Shown one piece after another: positions 35,652-42,537 of a DNA stretch of 59,193 nt (its first letter is position 1; the number at the start of each line of letters is the position of its first letter). A model generated the notes under the pieces. It was not told the DNA's origin, made no database searches, and saw only the letters and a program-made list of their open reading frames with translations. Location of the stretch: NCBI GenBank assembly GCA_040007635.1, contig JBDTUR010000002.1, positions 1-59,193 on the forward strand. The letters are read 5' to 3'. Position numbers and translations under genes: made by a program. Source of the stretch: Chloroflexota bacterium (GTDB lineage: Bacteria > Chloroflexota > Limnocylindria > Limnocylindrales > CSP1-4).

Positions 35652-36475
35652 GTGCGGGCCAGGCGGAGCAGCTGATCGACTCGCGCATAAGCCAGTGCCT
35701 GGATCTGATCGGCCGCAGGGCTGCCGAGTTGTACCCGACGGTAGAGCGCAACGCTGGTCGGCCCAAGCGCGTCGAGCGACCTGAACTTCTCGGCCAGGAT
35801 CGCCAGAGCCTTCGCTACAGGCTCGATGCTTCCGAAATCCCTGATGCCGTCAGCGACTTCATCCATGCCAACGTGTCGCAATAGATAGTCGACGTCGTAT
35901 GCATCCTTGAGCTTGTCCCGTTGGGACATCGCCAGGGATTTCAGGATCACGAGGGTGGCGGGCGTGGCAACTCGTACATCCACTCGGTTGTGGCGACCGT
36001 CCGGCAGCATGCCGGCAAGCTCACGGTCGACGTGTCCGGTCCGGACAAGCTCGGCGCCCTCCGTCCGCCGCGCAAGCGGTTCGCCCCCAATCCATTCGTG
36101 GCGATGTGTTCCGCCCGAGCGCGCAGTGATCGGCGCCAGCAGATCAACTTCGACATCAATCGACCGACCGTCGATCGTCACAGAGCGCAGCCAGCGAAAT
36201 GGTTGGTCCATCTGCACGTAGCCGCGCCCCCGTAGCAGCTCGGCAATCGACCGGTACGTCTCTTCCGGGACGGAGAGCGGGTCGACCACTAGGTCCACGT
36301 CCAGCGTCCCGATGTAGGGATCGTCGGGACGATAGCCAGCAAGCAGGGGCGGAGCACTTCCGCCTACGATCGTCATGGCGTCCGCGAAGCCGGTCAGGAT
36401 CGTCGCCAGCTCGAGCATCACGCGCTGGGCCGCCACTACTGACGCGGGATGGTCGCGTGGATCTAGCGTTTCCAC
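35648..36475 (-). CDS. abiEii: AbiEii/AbiGii-family nucleotidyltransferase toxin (type IV TA)
   Basis: The nucleotidyltransferase signature reads IVGGSAPPLL...IGTLDVDLVVD. The 275-aa size fits, and it overlaps the upstream AbiEi-like gene by 13 nt. Confidence 0.72.
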   Translation of the reverse strand: METLDPRDHPASVVAAQRVMLELATILTGFADAMTIVGGSAPPLLAGYRPDDPYIGTLDVDLVVDPLSVPEETYRSIAELLRGRGYVQMDQPFRWLRSVTIDGRSIDVEVDLLAPITARSGGTHRHEWIGGEPLARRTEGAELVRTGHVDRELAGMLPDGRHNRVDVRVATPATLVILKSLAMSQRDKLKDAYDVDYLLRHVGMDEVADGIRDFGSIEPVAKALAILAEKFRSLDALGPTSVALYRRVQLGSPAADQIQALAYARVDQLLRLART

Positions 36476-37509
36476 AGCTTGCCTCGCTCCCGCAGAAAGG
36501 CAGCTGCTTCGGCCGCAGCGCCACCGCGGCGCATCAGGTCGACGACCAGCTGCGGTCGGCTGACGAGGCGCAGTCCTTCGCGCTCGAACAACCCGTCGAA
36601 CACGCCCAGGTCGGCTGGCTTGATGAGGACGAGGTTGCCGCCCCGTGGCACCTCAGTGAGCCCCAGCACCCGGTCCCACGCCTTCACGTCGTCCGTATAC
36701 ATCTCAACGCGGCTGTACAGGGCGAACGGCGCGAGTCTGTCTGCGGCTGCTTCGGCCGTGACTGCATACAGACTGGGGACTGAGGTGGTCCGGAGGATCT
36801 CCAGCAACCGCTCTGCCTTGACAGTAGTCGCCACGCGCTCAAAGACGGTGTCGGCGGGGCGACGGGCCGATGCCCACGCGTCGAGCAGCGCATCTCGATC
36901 GCGGACTCGATTGTCCCCGCGTGCACGGTCCAGATAAGCATCGCGCGCCAGCGTCTTGAGGATCCGGCTCACGAAACCCAGGCTGAGGCTTGTTTTTGCC
37001 GCCAGGTCGTCCAGCGTCCATGGCCGTTCCGGCTCGATGAGCAGCCACCTAACAACTCGCAAGGGACCTCCCGAGAACAGGTCGGCCACGTACCTGGTAT
37101 CGGGTGAGCCTTTGGGCCGGCGCGGCCGGTCCTTAGTCAGCCGTTCGATGAATAGGCTGCCCAGGCTCATTCGGCAGTCGCCATCCGGCTCGAACCAACT
37201 GATGCTGGCTTGGGAGAGGATTTCGCGTGTCCGAGCCCCCACGACTGGAGCAACAAGGATGGAGGGCCTGCAGCCCTGCAACCACGGAACGAGCCGTACG
37301 ACCTCTGCCGGCTCTGCCCTGGATTTGAACTCGACACAGGCCTCGATCCGGTCACCGCTGGGCGAGGTCAGAACCAGATAAACGTCGCCTCTCAGGTCCT
37401 TGGCTACAGGCTCGGACTGCCACGCGATGCGCCAGCCCGTTGGCAGTATCCGTGCCAGCGCTGATCGGAAGGCTTCTTGCGGTTTGTTTTCAGACGCTGT
37501 TTGTACCAT
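36463..37509 (-). CDS. abiEi: AbiEi-like antitoxin/transcriptional regulator (wHTH plus C-terminal domain)
   Basis: wHTH-like segment WTLDDLAAKTSLSLGFVSRILKTLARDAYLD. It sits directly upstream of the nucleotidyltransferase gene. The C-terminal half LVLIKPADLGVFDG...RPQLVVDLMRRGG is typical of AbiEi_3-like regions as I recall them. Confidence 0.65.
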   Translation of the reverse strand: MVQTASENKPQEAFRSALARILPTGWRIAWQSEPVAKDLRGDVYLVLTSPSGDRIEACVEFKSRAEPAEVVRLVPWLQGCRPSILVAPVVGARTREILSQASISWFEPDGDCRMSLGSLFIERLTKDRPRRPKGSPDTRYVADLFSGGPLRVVRWLLIEPERPWTLDDLAAKTSLSLGFVSRILKTLARDAYLDRARGDNRVRDRDALLDAWASARRPADTVFERVATTVKAERLLEILRTTSVPSLYAVTAEAAADRLAPFALYSRVEMYTDDVKAWDRVLGLTEVPRGGNLVLIKPADLGVFDGLFEREGLRLVSRPQLVVDLMRRGGAAAEAAAFLRERGKLWKR

Positions 37510-37554
37510 TGTTGGCCACTATACCACAGCGGTTCATCAGCCTGGTGTGGTACA
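37502..37554. promoter_or_regulatory. Three copies of a TGTACCACA-like motif (two direct, one inverted) at the abiEi start and promoter; candidate AbiEi operator
   Basis: tgtaccatt (37502-37510, overlaps the start codon), tataccaca (37520-37528) and the inverted tgtggtaca (37546-37554) were read directly. AbiEi antitoxins are known to autoregulate through inverted repeats. Confidence 0.35.
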
Positions 37555-37833
37555 GCATAAGCAACGGGAGCGCAGTCGCGGAGGCAGCCGTCATTGGTGC
37601 GAACAAGGCTCCGCGCTCAATCGTCTGCCGCACGAGGGCCCGGCGGCAGCGTCGTGATGTAGTCAACTGCGCCCGCGGCGTCCTGCGGGAGCACATAGGG
37701 CGGCCGCCAGGGCAACGACAGCCACGGGTTGCTTGACTCGTGCCGTTGGTCAGCGTTCATCAGTCGTCCTCGTCTTCGAGAGGCTCGAACTCGATGATGG
37801 CGCGCATGAATTCGTCGTCTTCGAACTCGCCAA

Positions 37834-38145
37834 TCACGGGGAGGAGCCGTCGCCGCCGAAGTTCGATAGCAAGACCACCGGCTGGGCGGCAAGCTGGTAC
37901 GCGGGTGCGCCGATGAGGTCGGGCATCGCGGCGTAGTCGATACCTGGCTTGCCCTCTTCGGCGCTTGGCAGCGCGTACGCAGGATCGCCAGGCGGCTGAT
38001 CCCACGAACCGCGCGCGCCGAACCTGACTGCCGCAGCATCAACCGCGGGCCGGAACTCGTACGGCACGCCCAGCGCCTCACCAACAAGGTGTCCCCACAC
38101 AGCCCCCGACAAACGGTCCTGCAGCGCGATCACACCAGTGCCCAC
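37834..38145 (-). pseudogene. Possible remnant of an ADP-ribosylglycohydrolase-family gene (N-terminal motif only)
   Basis: LQDRLSGAVWGHLVGEALGVPYEFR resembles the ARH N-terminal DRxxGxxxGxxxGDALGxPxEF motif. The ORF is only 103 aa. Downstream sequence continues in another frame (...VIGEFEDDEFMRAIIEFEPLEDEDD*, ending at 37760), which suggests a frameshift and truncation. Confidence 0.3.
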
Positions 38146-38152
38146 GCTGGCC

Positions 38153-38644
38153 TCAGATCAGCTCGAGGCAGGGCAGATCGGCACAGCGGGGTTGGTCGGA
38201 TATCCAAGCCGTCATCAGCAGCTCGAGCGCGCGGAAGCCATCCCGAACTGGTGGTCCGAAGAGGTGCGGGCACGGCGCTGTGCCAAGCGGCGACTCGCAG
38301 TGCTCGTGGACAACGACCCCGTAGCGCCCCAGGAAATCCTTCTCGTGGTGCCGATGGAATGCCCGGCGGAAACCACGCTCGTGGTCGACCAATTCATACA
38401 GGTACGCAGAACGCTCAAAGGCGTCCGTGTCGATGGGGCGCCAGATTTCCGAGACTTTGATGGCCGACCCGTTCGGCTGCGCGGCTGGCAACGTGCCGCT
38501 GACGGTGATCCGGCGCACGTCACGATTGTCAACCTCAACGATGGGCCACCGACCTTCCGCCAGCGCAAACTCAACGCCGTAGCGCTCGGCCAGCTCAGTC
38601 AGATCGAGCAGATAGTCGTCGATCTCGCGACCGCTGAGGCGCAC
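38153..38644 (-). CDS. Hypothetical 163-aa protein, middle gene of an HTH-unknown-ARH-like trio
   Basis: A clean ORF sits 1 nt after the HTH gene stop and 7 nt before the ARH-like ORF. It has a His-rich segment (FRRAFHRHHEKDF...VVHEHCESP). I can assign no family. Confidence 0.55.
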   Translation of the reverse strand: MRLSGREIDDYLLDLTELAERYGVEFALAEGRWPIVEVDNRDVRRITVSGTLPAAQPNGSAIKVSEIWRPIDTDAFERSAYLYELVDHERGFRRAFHRHHEKDFLGRYGVVVHEHCESPLGTAPCPHLFGPPVRDGFRALELLMTAWISDQPRCADLPCLELI

Positions 38645-38645
38645 T

Positions 38646-38894
38646 TCAGGTGACGCCCTCGTCCGCGCCGAAATCGTCGATCTGGTCGATGTTTTGGTAC
38701 TCGACCCGGCGCCGATCCACCGGCCCGGCGATGAACCTGGCGAATGCTGGTGCGGGAATCCGGTACAGGCGCTCCGACACCCTTAGCGCAGGCAGCGTGC
38801 CACTCTGAATGAGGCGCAGCACCGTGTCAGTGCTGACGCGCAGCTCTGCAGCAACCTCCGTAGTTGTCAGGTACCGCTTATTAGTGGCTGTCAT
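38646..38894 (-). CDS. Excisionase/MerR-superfamily helix-turn-helix DNA-binding protein
   Basis: LTTTEVAAELRVSTDTVLRLIQSGTLPALRVSERLYRIP is the classic HTH_17-type motif. Confidence 0.75.
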   Translation of the reverse strand: MTATNKRYLTTTEVAAELRVSTDTVLRLIQSGTLPALRVSERLYRIPAPAFARFIAGPVDRRRVEYQNIDQIDDFGADEGVT

Positions 38895-38917
38895 CTTCTC
38901 GTCTGCGTTTCGTGCGT

Positions 38918-39271
38918 CTAATGCGGTACGTCGTCCGATACCGCTTGTGCCGCATCATATCCCGCCGGCCACTTATCTACGAATCGGCCGGAGCGAACCG
39001 TCGCCAGCGTCTGGAAAGCTCCGACGCGGGGATCGGAGGCCACGACGGCAAGGTCGGCCGGTCCGCCCACTTCGAGCTTGCCTTCCAGCGGGACGACGAA
39101 CGCGCCGTGCAGATCGATGAAGTGCGAGTCGCCGCGGGAGACGGCGCGGGCCTCCGCGTCTGTCCCCAGGAGCAGCACCGTGTCGTGCGCCCAGCAGATG
39201 GCCGAGCACACGGGCGCTTCGGCTCCCGCCAGCACTGTGCCGCCAAAGAGGATCGTGTACTCGTGCGTCAC
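38918..39271 (-). CDS. Small amidohydrolase-like protein or remnant (only the N- and C-terminal beta-sandwich segments)
   Basis: The N-terminus FGGTVLAG...WAHDTVLLLG and the C-terminus LEVGGPADLAVVASDP...VRSGRFV resemble the two ends of metal-dependent amidohydrolases. The catalytic barrel is absent. Confidence 0.35.
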   Translation of the reverse strand: MTHEYTILFGGTVLAGAEAPVCSAICWAHDTVLLLGTDAEARAVSRGDSHFIDLHGAFVVPLEGKLEVGGPADLAVVASDPRVGAFQTLATVRSGRFVDKWPAGYDAAQAVSDDVPH

Positions 39272-39365
39272 AGCCGTAGAAGGTAAACGGTGGTGATCGG
39301 TCGATAAGCCCGCGGTAAGCGACGACGGGTAATGTCAGAGGGTGCCTGCGCTAGAATCACCACAA

Positions 39366-39623
39366 ATGGCAGACATGGTGAAAACTCCACGCGCTGAGCG
39401 GACGCGCCTGGACGGTCAAGGCCGCCTAGTCATTCCGGCGCGCATCCGTGCTGCAGCCGGGTGGACGCCGGGCAGCACGCTCGCGGTACGGGTGAGCCAC
39501 GGCCGGGTCATTGTCGAGGCGCTCGACTCGATAGAGCGCAAGATGTGGCGCGCCGCCGGGCGGGGACCTCGAGGCGACGCCACGGCTGAACTCTTGGCCG
39601 ACCGTAGGCGCGAGTCCCTATAA
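39366..39623 (+). CDS. vapB: AbrB/SpoVT-fold antitoxin (VapB)
   Basis: The AbrB-type looped-hinge motif reads LDGQGRLVIPARIRAAAGWTPGSTLAVRV. It lies upstream of a PIN gene. Confidence 0.75.
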   Translation: MADMVKTPRAERTRLDGQGRLVIPARIRAAAGWTPGSTLAVRVSHGRVIVEALDSIERKMWRAAGRGPRGDATAELLADRRRESL

Positions 39624-39667
39624 CGACCGCTCGCGCTGAGCTGACCGGGCTGGGCGACCCGCGCGTC

Positions 39668-40051
39668 GTGCTCGATGCGTCGGCCCTCGTCGCGTATGCA
39701 CGGCGCGAACCTGGGGCGAATGTCGTGGCGGCCCGTCTGCGCAGGGCCGATCGCGTCCTTGTATCCGCAGTGAACTGGGCAGAGGCCGCAGGAAAGCTGC
39801 GCGACTATCGCATGACGCCGCTCATCCTCCGCCAGGCGCTGGCCGCCGCTGATGCAGAGATCGTCCCCTTCTTGGAGGCCGATGCCGACCATGTGGCCCT
39901 GCTCACCCCGGAGTTGCGGCGACTGGGACTGTCCCTTGGCGATCGCGCGTGCATCAGCCTCGCGATCAGTCACGGTGCGGTGGCACTGACAGCGGAAAAG
40001 GCGTGGAGCAAGGTTGATATCAGCGGGCTAAGCGTCGAGTTGATCCGCTGA
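39668..40051 (+). CDS. vapC: PIN-domain toxin (VapC)
   Basis: (M)LDASALVAYARREPG...SAVNWAEAAGKL...LSLGDRACISLA is PIN-like with the conserved D/E/D positions. The start is a GTG. Confidence 0.75.
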   Translation: MLDASALVAYARREPGANVVAARLRRADRVLVSAVNWAEAAGKLRDYRMTPLILRQALAAADAEIVPFLEADADHVALLTPELRRLGLSLGDRACISLAISHGAVALTAEKAWSKVDISGLSVELIR

Positions 40052-40124
40052 TCGGTCGGCCGTTGGGCGGGTGGTAGGATCTCGGCGGGGAAGTAGGATC
40101 AGGTCTAAGTAGTAGGTATTGCTG

Positions 40125-40382
40125 ATGCCAAGCAGAGTTGGCGAGCGTGGTCAGATCACGATTGACAAGCGGATCCGCGAGGAGCTGGGGGTTTACGCCG
40201 GAGATCGCGCAGTTCAGCACGTCGAGGACGGGCGCGTCATCGTCGAGTTTGTGCCCGCGCCGCATCGGCGTTCACTGGCAGGGGTTCTAGCGTCCAAGGT
40301 CACGCGCCAGCCCCAGAGCGAGGATTGGCCCAGCATTCGTCAGGAGGCTGAGAACGCGCCCGATCCTGACCGCCGCGCATGA
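40125..40382 (+). CDS. vapB: AbrB/MazE-fold antitoxin (VapB)
   Basis: MPSRVGERGQITIDKRIREELGV. The upstream region carries repeated GTAGGAT/GTAGGTAT motifs (40075-40118). It overlaps the downstream PIN gene by 4 nt. Confidence 0.78.
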   Translation: MPSRVGERGQITIDKRIREELGVYAGDRAVQHVEDGRVIVEFVPAPHRRSLAGVLASKVTRQPQSEDWPSIRQEAENAPDPDRRA

Positions 40383-40774
40383 TCGCCGTCGACACGTCCG
40401 TCGTCGTCCGGTACCTGGTCGGCACGCCGGCAGAGCAGGCCGGCAGGGCCATGGCGCTGATGGAGGCAGACCAGGAAATCGGGCTGCCGCTCGTGGCGCT
40501 GGTCGAGACCGCGCATGTGCTGCGCGCGGTTTACGGCGTTGAGCGCGGCGCGGTCGTGACAACGCTCATCGACCTCCTGACCCGCGAAAACATTCGGCTC
40601 ATTGGTCTCTCCTCGACCGATGCGCTTGCCGCACTTGCTTCTGCCCGGACCCTGGCCGACGGCCCTATCGCCGACGCCCTGATTGCCGGACAAGCCCAAT
40701 CCGCGGGTGCATTGCCGGTCTACAGCTTCGACAAGGATTTCCATCGGATGGGCGTCCAGGTAAGGCAGCCGTAG
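40379..40774 (+). CDS. vapC: PIN-domain toxin (VapC)
   Basis: MIAVDTSVVVRYLVGTP...LVALVETAHVL...IADALIAGQA...YSFDKDF. Confidence 0.8.
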   Translation: MIAVDTSVVVRYLVGTPAEQAGRAMALMEADQEIGLPLVALVETAHVLRAVYGVERGAVVTTLIDLLTRENIRLIGLSSTDALAALASARTLADGPIADALIAGQAQSAGALPVYSFDKDFHRMGVQVRQP

Positions 40775-40796
40775 CAACGTGGTCGACGCCGAGCCG

Positions 40797-40958
40797 ATGT
40801 ACTGCCTCATCTGCGGCAACGAGCTCGTCGGCCTGCCGGACGATCAACCCGACTGGCCAGGTGGCCCCATGTGCGGCGATTGCTACCAGGCGCGCGAAAC
40901 CGACAACGACATCTGGGCAAGCGAGCTCGAGGACGACGAGAACGCGGATAACATGTAA
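40797..40958 (+). CDS. Small (53-aa) CxxC...CxxC zinc-ribbon-like protein with an acidic tail, copy 1
   Basis: The translation is MYCLICGNELVGLPDDQPDWPGGPMCGDCYQARETDNDIWASELEDDENADNM*. It is absent from the ORF track because it is too short. It is paralogous to 47986-48174 and shares an identical 32-nt run (40881-40912 = 48097-48128). Confidence 0.6.
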   Translation: MYCLICGNELVGLPDDQPDWPGGPMCGDCYQARETDNDIWASELEDDENADNM

Positions 40959-40975
40959 CTGCCGCGCGACGGAGA

Positions 40976-40997
40976 GCGCGGCACCTATCCAGAGCGG
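40976..40997. repeat. Intergenic 22-nt repeat GCGCGGCACCTATCCAGAGCGG, copy 1
   Basis: It matches 42474-42495 at 21 of 22 positions, with weaker similarity over about 45 nt. Both copies lie shortly after a plus-strand stop codon. Confidence 0.5.
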
Positions 40998-41090
40998 CCC
41001 GAGAGTCCTGGCTCGTTGACGGCCCGGCAACCAGCGACGTCCCTCAACGTCGCCGCGGTGCCACTGCCAGGTGCGATAGGAGACAGAGGG

Positions 41091-41582
41091 ATGCATCCCT
41101 TCCCGCGCTCGATCAGCCATGGCGCGCCTCTCGACGAGGTCGCCCAAGCCATCGCGGCTACCAACGGCCTGATCCGTTTTATTTACGTCGAACGCCTGGG
41201 CGCCGACCTCTACCGCTGGAGTCCCGCCCACCGCGGCGGGCCCTACCCGCTGATGCGCGAAACGGCCAGGTACCTGGGCGTCAACCACCACGGCTTGGTC
41301 CTCCCCTTCCGATCACTGGCCGACACCGGGCTGACCGTGATCCCGGCCGACGCGTCAGAGCCGGCCAGACCTCCCGAGGAGTGGACAGTCCTGGAGTTCG
41401 AGTCGGCCGTGCCGGTCGAAACGGTGCGGCGACTCATCTTGAAGAACCAGGGCCCTGACTCGGACGATCGGCCGCTGACGCCAGACGAGATTCAGGCGCT
41501 CTATGACGAGATGGGCTCGGTCCTTCTGGATGACGACGCGGCCGAGATCCTGCCCGTCCCGAGGGCGCCCCGCTCCAGCTGA
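41091..41582 (+). CDS. Hypothetical protein (163 aa)
   Basis: The ATG at 41091 is preceded by GGAGACAGAGGG. The translation MHPFPRSISHGAPLDEVAQAIAATNGLIRFIYVERLG... looks globular. I recognise no family. Confidence 0.5.
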   Translation: MHPFPRSISHGAPLDEVAQAIAATNGLIRFIYVERLGADLYRWSPAHRGGPYPLMRETARYLGVNHHGLVLPFRSLADTGLTVIPADASEPARPPEEWTVLEFESAVPVETVRRLILKNQGPDSDDRPLTPDEIQALYDEMGSVLLDDDAAEILPVPRAPRSS

Positions 41583-41815
41583 TACGCGTGCATGCGCCGG
41601 CATGAGGCGCGCATCGGCTTCGCCGATCCCCCCTTGCCATGGCGGCACAACCTGTCTAACGAAACCAACTACCCGCCAGGGAGGCACCCACTCATGACCA
41701 CTCAGCACACTGTCACGGCCGCCCGTGAGATGCCGTAACGGACGAATAAGTCGGTGGTAAGCGGATATGCCTAGAGTCGGCTGACCGCTAGCGTGTCAAT
41801 CGGACGTATGGCAAT

Positions 41816-42043
41816 ATGTATGGTATGGAGAAGACGACGGTCTACCTTCCGAAACCCTTGAAGGAAGCGTTGGCCGCGGCTGCCAAGCGCCGGCAGATAA
41901 GCGAAGCCGAGCTGATCCGCGAGGGCATCGCGTTAGTCACGAGCGAGAAGCCACCTCGTCCCAAGTTGCCCCTGTTTGCGAGCGGGAAGCCGGATTTGGC
42001 TCGGCGGTTCGACGAACTTCTGGAGGGTTTTGGCGAGAATTGA
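41816..42043 (+). CDS. vapB: Ribbon-helix-helix (CopG-type) antitoxin (VapB)
   Basis: KTTVYLPKPLKEALAAAAKRRQISEAELIREGI is an RHH motif. It overlaps the PIN gene (TTGA). Confidence 0.78.
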   Translation: MYGMEKTTVYLPKPLKEALAAAAKRRQISEAELIREGIALVTSEKPPRPKLPLFASGKPDLARRFDELLEGFGEN

Positions 42044-42450
42044 TCCTCGTTGACTCGAGCGGGCTGTTAGCGGCAATCGATTCAAGCGAAGAAGATCACG
42101 CGCGCGCACTTCGCGCCCTCGCAGCGGCAGAGGCGCCACTGCTGCTCTCTCCGTTCGTTCTCGCGGAATTGGACTACTTCCTCGCGAAACGCATCGGCAG
42201 CAGCGCCGGAATCGCGCTGCTGGAACAGGTGAGCGCGGGCGCTTACCAGCTGGAGCCCTTTGATAAGGACGATATCGCCACGGCCATCGAAGTCCTGGGC
42301 AGATACGGCGACCTTGGCATTGGACTGGCGGACGCGTCGATCGTCGTGCTCGCGGATCGCCACGATGTCTCCGATGTCCTAACGCTCGATGAACGTCATT
42401 TCCGCACCCTGCGTAGGCGCGGCGGCGAGCCGTTCCGGCTGCTTCCCTAG
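42040..42450 (+). CDS. vapC: PIN-domain toxin (VapC)
   Basis: (M)ILVDSSGLLAAIDSSEEDH...SPFVLAELDYFL...GLADASIVVLA...LTLDERHF. Confidence 0.8.
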   Translation: MILVDSSGLLAAIDSSEEDHARALRALAAAEAPLLLSPFVLAELDYFLAKRIGSSAGIALLEQVSAGAYQLEPFDKDDIATAIEVLGRYGDLGIGLADASIVVLADRHDVSDVLTLDERHFRTLRRRGGEPFRLLP

Positions 42451-42473
42451 AATTACTTCGTCGCGCCCCGATG

Positions 42474-42495
42474 GCGCGGCGCCTATCCAGAGCGG
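42474..42495. repeat. Intergenic 22-nt repeat GCGCGGCGCCTATCCAGAGCGG, copy 2
   Basis: See copy 1 at 40976-40997. Confidence 0.5.
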
Positions 42496-42537
42496 TCGAA
42501 GCCGTCCGCGATCACATCCTCCGCGTGGCGGCTGAGC

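Noticed and set aside
37617-37760. A 47-aa ORF (MNADQRHESSNPWLSLPWRPPYVLPQDAAGAVDYITTLPPGPRAADD) overlapping the preceding stop in a TGATG arrangement
   Set aside because: It is short and matches no recognisable family. It lies in a region that already shows frame disruption, so it is probably another gene fragment rather than a functional gene.
41694-41738. A 14-codon ORF (MTTQHTVTAAREMP) with an upstream GGGAGG, as a possible leader peptide
   Set aside because: It is too short and unsupported. It has no attenuator-like structure or conserved context that I can see.
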